64,000 nt of DNA, taken from the NCBI GenBank assembly GCA_040768745.1, contig JAXGMI010000001.1, positions 1,120,001 to 1,184,000 on the forward strand, given 5' to 3'. Origin of the DNA: Desulfomicrobium sp. GTDB taxonomy: Bacteria; Desulfobacterota; Desulfovibrionia; Desulfovibrionales; Desulfomicrobiaceae. Made by a program: the position numbers and the translations under genes. Position 1 is the stretch's first letter. Every line of letters starts with the position of its first letter. Below are positions 56,804 through 64,000 of this stretch, in pieces. Under the pieces are notes generated by a model. It did no database searches. It was not told the DNA's origin and worked only from the letters and a program-made list of their open reading frames with translations.

Positions 56804-57178
56804 ATGTCAAAAATTCTTCTGATCGCGCTGGCAGGGGCCTGCGGAACCTTAAGTCGCTACTGGCTTTCGGGTGCGGCCTACGAACTCCTGGGCCGCGACT
56901 TCCCTTGGGGAACGTGGGCCGTGAACATCCTGGGGTGTTTCCTCTTCGGCCTTGTCTGGATCCTGGCGGAGGAACGCGGTTCCCTGTCGGCACAGGCGCG
57001 CGTTCTGATTTTGACGGGCTTCATGGGTGCTTTCACCACGTTTTCCACGTTCATTTTCGAGAGTGGCAGTATCGCCCAGGATGGGCAGTGGCTCAAGCTG
57101 GCCTTGAACCTTGGAGGCCAGAATCTGGTCGGTTTCGTGGCCCTGTATCTGGGAATGGGTCTCGGAAAAGCGATATAG
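56804..57178 (+). CDS. crcB: Fluoride efflux channel Fluc
   Basis: GAGGAG RBS. 'G...RY', 'FPWGT..VNILG', 'TGFMGAFTTFSTF'. Confidence 0.96.
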   Translation: MSKILLIALAGACGTLSRYWLSGAAYELLGRDFPWGTWAVNILGCFLFGLVWILAEERGSLSAQARVLILTGFMGAFTTFSTFIFESGSIAQDGQWLKLALNLGGQNLVGFVALYLGMGLGKAI

Positions 57179-57289
57179 GGCAAAGAAGAGGATTTGTCCG
57201 GACAGCCTTGGCATCCCAGCGGCCGACAATACGTACTGCCCAGGATATTGGCTTTCGTCTGGCCTCCTGAAACTGTTGGAGTCAGCGTT

Positions 57290-57880
57290 TCAACCCTGCC
57301 GTGCGTTGTATACAAGTCGCCCACTGGACCTGAACCAGCGGAAAAGATCCACCGCTTCCTCCCGCAGCACGCCCTCCTGCATCTCAATACCTCGTCTGGC
57401 CAATTCAGATTTCCACCCGGGATGAATTGGTCCTTCGTCGAAGCCGGTCAGCTCTTCCAGTTCCTGGCCGCTGCCGGCAATGGACAGACACCGGATACCG
57501 GACCAGAGCACGGCTCCGAAACACATGGCGCAGGGCCGCCAGTTGATCACCAGTTCGTGGGGGGGCAGGTCTCGCCGCCCCAGATCATAGGTTCCCAGGC
57601 GCTTCTGGGCCAGTGACAGGGCCATGATCTCAGCATGAGCGCTGGAGCAGCCTGAGGGGACGACCCTGTTTACGCCAAAGGCCACGACGCGGCCGGTCCC
57701 AATTTCGAAAACGCCTGCGGCAAAGGGGCCCCCGGTGTCATGCTCCACATTGGTCCGGGCGAATTCCAGGACCAGACGCATGCGGTCCTCGGGGCTGGAA
57801 ATACATTCCGGCAATGCCGCAACGCGGTGCCGGAACCATGAGGGTGTGGTCAGGGTGATGCGGTTGGGATGTGGGGTCAT
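57290..57880 (-). CDS. Zn-dependent nucleoside/nucleobase deaminase (guanine deaminase-like)
   Basis: 'GGPFAA', 'HAE', 'PCAMC', 'GFDEG'. Confidence 0.9.
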   Translation of the reverse strand: MTPHPNRITLTTPSWFRHRVAALPECISSPEDRMRLVLEFARTNVEHDTGGPFAAGVFEIGTGRVVAFGVNRVVPSGCSSAHAEIMALSLAQKRLGTYDLGRRDLPPHELVINWRPCAMCFGAVLWSGIRCLSIAGSGQELEELTGFDEGPIHPGWKSELARRGIEMQEGVLREEAVDLFRWFRSSGRLVYNARQG

Positions 57881-57891
57881 GGTGCATCTTC

Positions 57892-59574
57892 CTAGAACAA
57901 TCCGCTGATCACGCCACGTTCGTCGATGTCGATCCTTTCCGCTGACGGGACCTCAGGCAGACCGGGCATGCGCATCATGTTGCCGGTCAAGGGCACCAGG
58001 AACCCCGCGCCGGCCGCGATCTCGACTTCACGGATGGTGGCCACGAAATCCCGGGGCCAGCCACGCAGGCTCGGCTGGTCAGAAAGGGAACTCTGGGTCT
58101 TGGCGATGCAAACGGGCAGATGGTCCAGCCCCAGACGTTTGATCTTGTCGAGATCCGTGAGGGCCGCCGGGGCGTATTCCACCGAGGCCGCCCCGTAGAC
58201 CCGGGTGGCGATGATTTCGATCTTCTCGCGTACGCTCTGCTTCCAGTCGTACAGAGGGGCATAGTGGGCAGTGCATCGGTCCGCCGTGGCAGCGACCAGT
58301 TCGGCCAGTTCCTCGGCCCCGGCCCCTCCTTGCTCCCAGGCTTCCATGAGGGCGGCCTGCACGCCCATGAATTGGCAATGGTCGAGGATGACCTGGTGCT
58401 CCTCGTCCGTGTCCGAGGCAAAGCGATTGATGGCCACGATTGGTGTCAGCTGGAAAAGCCGAACGTTCTCGATCTGCTTGGTCAGGTTCTCCAGGCCCCG
58501 GGCCAACGCCTTGATGTTGGGCACGGCCAGGTGGGGAAGTTCAACCCCGCCATGGTATTTGAGGGCCCGGACCGTGGCCACCAGCACCACGGCACAGGGG
58601 TCGAAGCCGGCGGACTGGCACTTGATGTCCAGAAATTTCTCCCCGCCCAGATCAAATCCGAATCCGGCTTCGGTCACCACGTAGTCGGCCAGGCAAAGGC
58701 CCGTGCGGGTGGCGATGACGGAGTTGGTGCCCTGGGCGATGTTGGCGAAGGGGCCCCCGTGCATGATGGCCGGGTTGCCTTCCAGGGACTGGATCAGGTT
58801 GGGTTTTATGGCGTCCTTGAGCAGGGCGGCCATGGCCCCCTGGGCATTCAGATCCCGGGCGTGGATGGGCTCGCGCTTGAAGGTGAAGCCGATGAAAATG
58901 TCACTCAGGCGACGCTTGAGGTCGGGCAGATCGTCGGCCAGGCAGAGGATGGCCATGATTTCCGATGCCGCTGTGATGTCGAACCCCGTCTCCCTGGGCA
59001 CACCGTGCATGAGGCCGCCCAGACCGCAGACCATGCGCCGCAGCGAGCGGTCGTTCATGTCCATGACCCGCTTCCAGGCCACGGTGCGACCGTCCAGGTT
59101 CAGGGACCGGTTTTTACTCTGCAGATTGTTGTCTATCAGGGCGGCCAGCAGGTTGTTGGTTTTTTCGATGGCCGCGAAATCGCCCGTGAAGTGGAGATTG
59201 ATGTCCTCCATGGGCAGAAGCTGTGCGTATCCGCCACCCGTGGCACCGCCCTTGATGCCGAAGACAGGGCCCAGGGAAGGTTCGCGCAGCACGACCATGG
59301 CCTTCTTGCCGATGCGGTTCAGTCCATCGGCAAGTCCGATGGAAACAGTGGTCTTGCCTTCGCCAGCCGGAGTGGGGGTGATGGCCGAAACTAGAATGAG
59401 CTTGCCGTATTTGCACTGATCTTTTTCGGCCAGGGAAAGCGGCAATTTGGCCTTGAACTTGCCATATGGTTCAATCTGGTCAAACCCAAGTCCGAGTTTG
59501 TCTGCAATGTCGCCGATGTGCAGCATCCTGGTTTCCTGGGCAATGTCGATGTCGGGCCTGAGAGATTTGGTCAT
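57892..59574 (-). CDS. fhs: Formate--tetrahydrofolate ligase
   Basis: 'TPTPAGEGKTT', 'KGGATGGG', 'INLHFTGD', 'GPFANIA', 'MPGLP'. Confidence 0.97.
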   Translation of the reverse strand: MTKSLRPDIDIAQETRMLHIGDIADKLGLGFDQIEPYGKFKAKLPLSLAEKDQCKYGKLILVSAITPTPAGEGKTTVSIGLADGLNRIGKKAMVVLREPSLGPVFGIKGGATGGGYAQLLPMEDINLHFTGDFAAIEKTNNLLAALIDNNLQSKNRSLNLDGRTVAWKRVMDMNDRSLRRMVCGLGGLMHGVPRETGFDITAASEIMAILCLADDLPDLKRRLSDIFIGFTFKREPIHARDLNAQGAMAALLKDAIKPNLIQSLEGNPAIMHGGPFANIAQGTNSVIATRTGLCLADYVVTEAGFGFDLGGEKFLDIKCQSAGFDPCAVVLVATVRALKYHGGVELPHLAVPNIKALARGLENLTKQIENVRLFQLTPIVAINRFASDTDEEHQVILDHCQFMGVQAALMEAWEQGGAGAEELAELVAATADRCTAHYAPLYDWKQSVREKIEIIATRVYGAASVEYAPAALTDLDKIKRLGLDHLPVCIAKTQSSLSDQPSLRGWPRDFVATIREVEIAAGAGFLVPLTGNMMRMPGLPEVPSAERIDIDERGVISGLF

Positions 59575-59587
59575 AGGGCCTCCCGGT

Positions 59588-60460
59588 TCAGGATTTGTCG
59601 GTACAGGACGGGCAGAGGCATTGCTCCAGTTCCAGTTCGTAGCCGAAGCGTTCGCGTACTGTCCTGCGGCAGAGTTCGATCAGATCGAGTACGTCCTGGC
59701 AGGTGGCCCCGCCAACGTTGACGATGAAACCGGCATGTTTTTCCGAGACTTGCGCTCCACCGATCCGGGCCCCTTTGAGTCCGGCCAGATCAATGAGCTG
59801 CGAGGCATAGGCCCCTTCAGGACGCTTGAACACGCTTCCGGCGGAAGGAAATTCGAGGGGTTGCTTTTCCTTGCGCTGGGCCAGAATATCCTTGCGTCTG
59901 TTGAGGAGCGATTCAGGATCACCGACCGGCAGCCTCCAGGTCCCGGCCAGGATGACGGTTTCTCGCAGGGCTGCGGCGGAACGATACCCGAACCCGCAAT
60001 CAGTCTTGGCCAGTTCCACGACATGGTTATCGGCGTTCAGGACGGTCACGCTTTCAAGATGGTCGGAGATTTCTTGCCCGTAGGCCCCGGCGTTCATGAA
60101 CAGTGCCCCGCCGAGGGTGCCCGGGATGCCGGACAGGCATTCGACGCCACCCAGTCCCCCGCGCAGGCAATCCAGCACCCAGGCGTCCATGACCTTGCCG
60201 GCTTCTGCAAAAAGGAGATTGCCGGTGCGGTGGGAACGATTCATTGCACTGGTGGAAACAATGGGCAGGCTCATGTCACCATCGGGAAAGAGGGTGTTGG
60301 CCCCGCCGCCGTGAATCCAGAAAGAGCGTCCCTGGGCCCGGTGGAGCCGGATGATTTCCACAATTTCATCTATGCTTTCAGGAAGATAGACGTCCGTTGC
60401 GGTTCCGCCGATACGATAGGTGCTGTAGTTTTTCAGGGCAACATTGAACAGATGTTTCAT
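59588..60460 (-). CDS. murB: UDP-N-acetylmuramate dehydrogenase
   Basis: 'RIGG', 'GIPGTLGGA..MNAGAYG', 'QP..PSAGSVFKRP', 'SEKHA.FIVN', 'LELE'. Confidence 0.95.
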   Translation of the reverse strand: MKHLFNVALKNYSTYRIGGTATDVYLPESIDEIVEIIRLHRAQGRSFWIHGGGANTLFPDGDMSLPIVSTSAMNRSHRTGNLLFAEAGKVMDAWVLDCLRGGLGGVECLSGIPGTLGGALFMNAGAYGQEISDHLESVTVLNADNHVVELAKTDCGFGYRSAAALRETVILAGTWRLPVGDPESLLNRRKDILAQRKEKQPLEFPSAGSVFKRPEGAYASQLIDLAGLKGARIGGAQVSEKHAGFIVNVGGATCQDVLDLIELCRRTVRERFGYELELEQCLCPSCTDKS

Positions 60461-60640
60461 GCGGTTTCCTCAATTATCCAAATGCAAAAGGGAAGAATGT
60501 AAACCCACCTCGAGGTATTGAGCGCGATTTTTCTGGGCGAACCAAGTCAGGGCAGTACCCATCAAAATCGGTCCGTGATCTTGACGGAAGGCTTGATTCT
60601 GGCTAGTCTTATTCTAAAATATCAATTAGTTGAGGATGCT

Positions 60641-61090
60641 ATGAAACTCTCTGCAAAATCGAGATATGCATCCCGGATCCTTTTGGATCTGGCCCTGCAC
60701 AATGGTGAGGTTCCCAATCGGGTCAGCGATATCTCCAACCGCACGGGGATCACCGTGCCGTTCATTGAGCAAATCATCAAGCCTCTCAAGCAGGCGGGCC
60801 TAGTGGCCAGCAAGCGCGGTTCAGCAGGCGGACATCGGTTGAATCGATCGGCGGATCAGATCACCCTGGGTGACATCGTGCGCATAATGGAGGATTCTGT
60901 GGACCTTGCCGCCTGTCTGCGCGATTCTGAGATCTGCGAGCGGACCGGGGTCTGTCAGACCAGGGCAGCGTGGAAGCGGGCCACGGAAGCCATGCTGCGC
61001 GAACTCGATACCATTAGCCTGGGTGAGCTGGCAAAGGGGGCTCCCAACTGTTGCCAGCTGACCGGGGAGCGTCCCAACCCTGCGATGTGA
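60641..61090 (+). CDS. Rrf2-family (IscR-like) transcriptional regulator
   Basis: GAGG RBS; TTGACG-N17-TAGTCT upstream. 'SRYA', 'LVASKRGSAGG', C-x5-C-x5-C. Confidence 0.92.
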   Translation: MKLSAKSRYASRILLDLALHNGEVPNRVSDISNRTGITVPFIEQIIKPLKQAGLVASKRGSAGGHRLNRSADQITLGDIVRIMEDSVDLAACLRDSEICERTGVCQTRAAWKRATEAMLRELDTISLGELAKGAPNCCQLTGERPNPAM

Positions 61091-61179
61091 CGTCCTGACT
61101 GGCTGTTTGACAAAGATTTTTACCCCTGCCAGGAATCAGGTCCGTTCAAGCGTCGGGACTGCCTTTTCACGGAGGAACC

Positions 61180-62355
61180 ATGCATATCCCTTCCGGTTTT
61201 CAATTCTCCGCAGCTCAATGCGGTTTCAAGCGTCCGGGGCGTTCCGATCTCGCTGTGGTCATCAGCGAAGTTCCGGCCGTGGCCGCTGGCGTGTTCACCA
61301 CCAACCGCTTCCAGGCTGCACCTGTTGTGGTAGCCAGGGAAATCCTGGCCCGAAACCGTACGGGAATCAGGGCCCTGCTGGTCAATACCGGCCAGGCCAA
61401 CGCATGCACCGGGCAAGAAGGGATCGACAACTGCCGCGCCACCCTCGAACTTTTGGCCAGTCTGGACCTTGGGCCGGATGAAATCCTGCCTGCCTCCACC
61501 GGGGTCATCGGCGACCAACTGAAGATGGACCGCTGGGTCGCAGGCGTCCCTGCCTTGAAGGAGAATCTTGGCCAGACGGGGCTGGTAGATGTGGCCCGGG
61601 CCATCATGACCACGGACACGTTCCCGAAGGTGGCCACCCGCGAGGTGCAGCTGACTTCCGGAACAGTCCGCCTGGCTGGTTTTTGCAAGGGGGCGGGCAT
61701 GATCTGCCCGGACATGGCCACCATGCTGGGTTTCATCCTGACCGACGCCGGCGTCGACCCCGACTGGTGGCAGGCGGCCTTGACTCGTTGCGTGACCAGG
61801 AGTTTCAACGCCATCACGGTGGACGGGGATACCAGCACCAACGACTGCGTTTTCGCCCTGGCCAACGGGGCAGGTCCCACGGCCGGGCCGGAAGATGCGG
61901 CTGCCTTGGAGGATGCCATGCTGGAGGTCTGTCAGGATCTTGCATACAAGATCGTGCAGGATGCCGAGGGCGGGACCAAGGTCATGCGGATCCATGTCCA
62001 AGGGGCCCTGACCGTGTCCGATGCCGAACTGGCGGCACGGGCTGTGGGCAATTCGCCTCTGGTCAAGACAGCCTTATACGGGCGCGATCCGAACTGGGGC
62101 CGGATTGTGGCCGCTCTTGGGCGGAGCGGCGCCGTATTCCAACCTGAGGCGGTTGTGGTGTGCATCGCGGGCATGACCATTTTTCGGCAGGGCACCCCGG
62201 TCAAGGCGGACTGGGACAGTCTGCTGGCCTCGGCTTTGCGACGAGACAGCGTGGATATCAGCGTGGAGCTCGGTGCAGGGAAGGAGCAGACCACCCTTTG
62301 GGCATCCGATTTCACTGAGGAGTACATCAAGATCAATGCCGAATACCGGACCTGA
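61180..62355 (+). CDS. argJ: Bifunctional ornithine acetyltransferase/N-acetylglutamate synthase
   Basis: 'GVFTTN', 'ANACTG', 'IMTTD', 'KGAGMICPDMATML', 'DGDTSTND', 'EGGTK'. Confidence 0.97.
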   Translation: MHIPSGFQFSAAQCGFKRPGRSDLAVVISEVPAVAAGVFTTNRFQAAPVVVAREILARNRTGIRALLVNTGQANACTGQEGIDNCRATLELLASLDLGPDEILPASTGVIGDQLKMDRWVAGVPALKENLGQTGLVDVARAIMTTDTFPKVATREVQLTSGTVRLAGFCKGAGMICPDMATMLGFILTDAGVDPDWWQAALTRCVTRSFNAITVDGDTSTNDCVFALANGAGPTAGPEDAAALEDAMLEVCQDLAYKIVQDAEGGTKVMRIHVQGALTVSDAELAARAVGNSPLVKTALYGRDPNWGRIVAALGRSGAVFQPEAVVVCIAGMTIFRQGTPVKADWDSLLASALRRDSVDISVELGAGKEQTTLWASDFTEEYIKINAEYRT

Positions 62356-62365
62356 ACATCCGGCC

Positions 62366-62965
62366 ATGACGGATCGGACCTGGAGGCGCCTGGCGGATTT
62401 CATCTTCGAGCTGGGCATGCTGCGCCGGACACCGCGCACGGGTTACCAGTTTCTGGGGTCCGGGGCGGAGAATGTGGCGGAGCATTCCTTCCGTACGACC
62501 ATGATCGGCTACATCCTGGCCCGCGTGGCAGGGGCGGATGTGGCAAGGACCGTGTTCCTATGTCTGTTTCATGACGTGCACGAGGCCCGCATCGGGGATT
62601 TCAATTACGTCAACCGCATCTACAACACGAGCGATCCGGTTCTGGCGTTCACCCATGCCCTGGAGGGCACGGGGTTGCGGGCCGAGGTCCTGGAGCTGTG
62701 GCATGAATTGGAGGCGGGGGAGACCGTGGAGGCCAAATTGGCCCAGGACGCGGATCAGCTCGATTTCATCGCCAATCTGAAGGAAGAGCTGGATCTGGGA
62801 AACCCCTATGCGGCAAAATGGCTGGAACATGCCTTGCCCCGGTTGCGGACGGAGATTGCCCATGAGTTTGCCCAGAGCCTCCTGGCCACGGATCAATCAG
62901 CGTGGTGGTTTACCCGACCCGATGAATCCTGGTGGCGCAGGGGGAACGGCAAAAAGCGCCCTTAG
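62366..62965 (+). CDS. HD-domain phosphohydrolase (YfbR/HDDC2-like)
   Basis: 'RTGY', 'ENVAEHS', 'LFHDVHEARIGD', 'DADQLD'. Confidence 0.9.
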   Translation: MTDRTWRRLADFIFELGMLRRTPRTGYQFLGSGAENVAEHSFRTTMIGYILARVAGADVARTVFLCLFHDVHEARIGDFNYVNRIYNTSDPVLAFTHALEGTGLRAEVLELWHELEAGETVEAKLAQDADQLDFIANLKEELDLGNPYAAKWLEHALPRLRTEIAHEFAQSLLATDQSAWWFTRPDESWWRRGNGKKRP

Positions 62966-62971
62966 CCTGCC

Positions 62972-63553
62972 ATGACGGAGCGCAGGGTAACGACATTTCG
63001 GCTGTCATGGGCCACAGTCAGCGTCCTCTTGGCCCTTTGCCTGCACATCGGCCCACTTTGGTTCTTGCTCTTTGGCCCACTTTACGGTCTTCCCAGCGTG
63101 CTGGAGCTCGACCTTGAAATCATCAATTTTTATCGCGACCGGGTCTTTCGCGAGTCGGGAGTCGAACCGGGGATGGCACGTCCCCCCGAGCCCCTGCATG
63201 TCTCGGTGTCCGTGCAGATCAATCCGGAAATGGGGCAACGGGTTTCCAAGCCGCGCACTGCCGAAGAACTGGCCCGCGTCAGACACGTGCAGCGCGCGAT
63301 CCGGTCCCTGTGGTCGAGCATGTCTCCAGCGCATACCGGGTACGCCCTGGTCAGTATGCATATCCAAGGCGATGGGAGCATTGGGGAATTCGTGATGAAC
63401 CGTATTTCCGGAGATGAGGAATTCCAGACGTTCTTGCTGACGTTCCTGGAAACCCTGAAAAATACCCCTGAGCACCACGTGGAATCGGGCGAACCCATGT
63501 GGATTGAATGCGAATTTGTGGTCAATCCCCGGACTGGCAAAGGACCTTCATGA
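62972..63553 (+). CDS. Membrane-anchored protein with TonB/TolA C-terminal-like domain
   Basis: Single TM with S-x6-H. C-terminal 'IRSLW..GYALVSMHIQGDGSI..ISGDEEF'. Confidence 0.55.
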   Translation: MTERRVTTFRLSWATVSVLLALCLHIGPLWFLLFGPLYGLPSVLELDLEIINFYRDRVFRESGVEPGMARPPEPLHVSVSVQINPEMGQRVSKPRTAEELARVRHVQRAIRSLWSSMSPAHTGYALVSMHIQGDGSIGEFVMNRISGDEEFQTFLLTFLETLKNTPEHHVESGEPMWIECEFVVNPRTGKGPS

Positions 63554-64000
63554 TCGTCGCTGTTCTCTCCGATACCCATCTTGAACAGCCAGACGCCCTG
63601 CTGGCTGCCCTCTTCGAACGCTACTGTCTTGACGTCGATGTGCTCCTGCACTGCGGAGACTGCGTGGGCGAGGAAACCTGGGCATTTCTCAATGCGCATC
63701 CGCACTTCCTGGCCGTGCAGGGCAACTGTGACCTGCCTCCCTTGCGCGGCGCCTTGCCAATGTTGCGCGAGGTGGAGCTGGCGGGGTTCCGGATCGGCAT
63801 GGGTCATGGCTGGGGACCTCGATCGCGGGTGGGGGAGACGGTGGCCAGTCAGTTTCACCGCGTAGATCTGGTTTGCTATGGGCACACCCATATCCGCGAT
63901 TGGCATCAGCGGGATGATGGTCTGTGGATGCTCAACCCTGGCTCTCTTTTCTGGCCCAGGTCTGGAGAGGCTGGACTGGCCCGATTGACCCTGGAGAGGG
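63550..64000 (+). CDS. YfcE/MJ0936-family metallophosphoesterase (3' truncated by window)
   Basis: ATGA overlap with upstream stop. 'SDTH', 'HCGD', 'GNCD', 'HG', 'GHTH', 'NPGS'. Confidence 0.9.
   Translation, partial: MIVAVLSDTHLEQPDALLAALFERYCLDVDVLLHCGDCVGEETWAFLNAHPHFLAVQGNCDLPPLRGALPMLREVELAGFRIGMGHGWGPRSRVGETVASQFHRVDLVCYGHTHIRDWHQRDDGLWMLNPGSLFWPRSGEAGLARLTLER

Overview
GC-rich bacterial chromosome segment. Gene content and order (ffh-rpsP-khpA-rimM-trmD with a C-terminal fusion, adh/aor with a sigma54 two-component system, PEP-CTERM proteins) suggest a sulfate-reducing Desulfovibrionales, possibly Desulfomicrobium-like; this is an inference. 1-28 kb is a cell-envelope island. It holds the end of a type I secretion HlyD gene, SapC, a three-gene toxin-antitoxin-chaperone (HigB-HigA-SecB-like, TAC) operon with its own promoter and palindromic operator, and two tandem mini PEP-CTERM genes with matching enhancer/IHF/sigma54 promoters and a conserved downstream non-coding element. 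It continues with an adenylate-forming enzyme, a T1SS-type S-layer-like protein, Wzm/Wzt, a 1490-aa methyltransferase-coiled coil-multi-glycosyltransferase protein, rmlC, glycosyltransferases, WbaP, WaaL and MsbA-like genes. 28-44 kb is mostly housekeeping (larB, pseudo-receiver sigma54 activator, ffh, rpsP, khpA, rimM, trmD, rplS, rnhB, yraN, rsmI, PTS, smpB, secA). 44-64 kb carries a betaine ABC transporter, a PAS-LuxR regulator, an ErcA-like ADH/kinase/sigma54 regulator facing adh, an unannotated 59-aa ORF and aor, a fluoride riboswitch with crcB, a deaminase, fhs, murB, Rrf2, argJ, an HD protein and a partial phosphoesterase. No rRNA, tRNA, CRISPR array or transposase was recognised. All family assignments come from motif recognition by eye, not from database searches.
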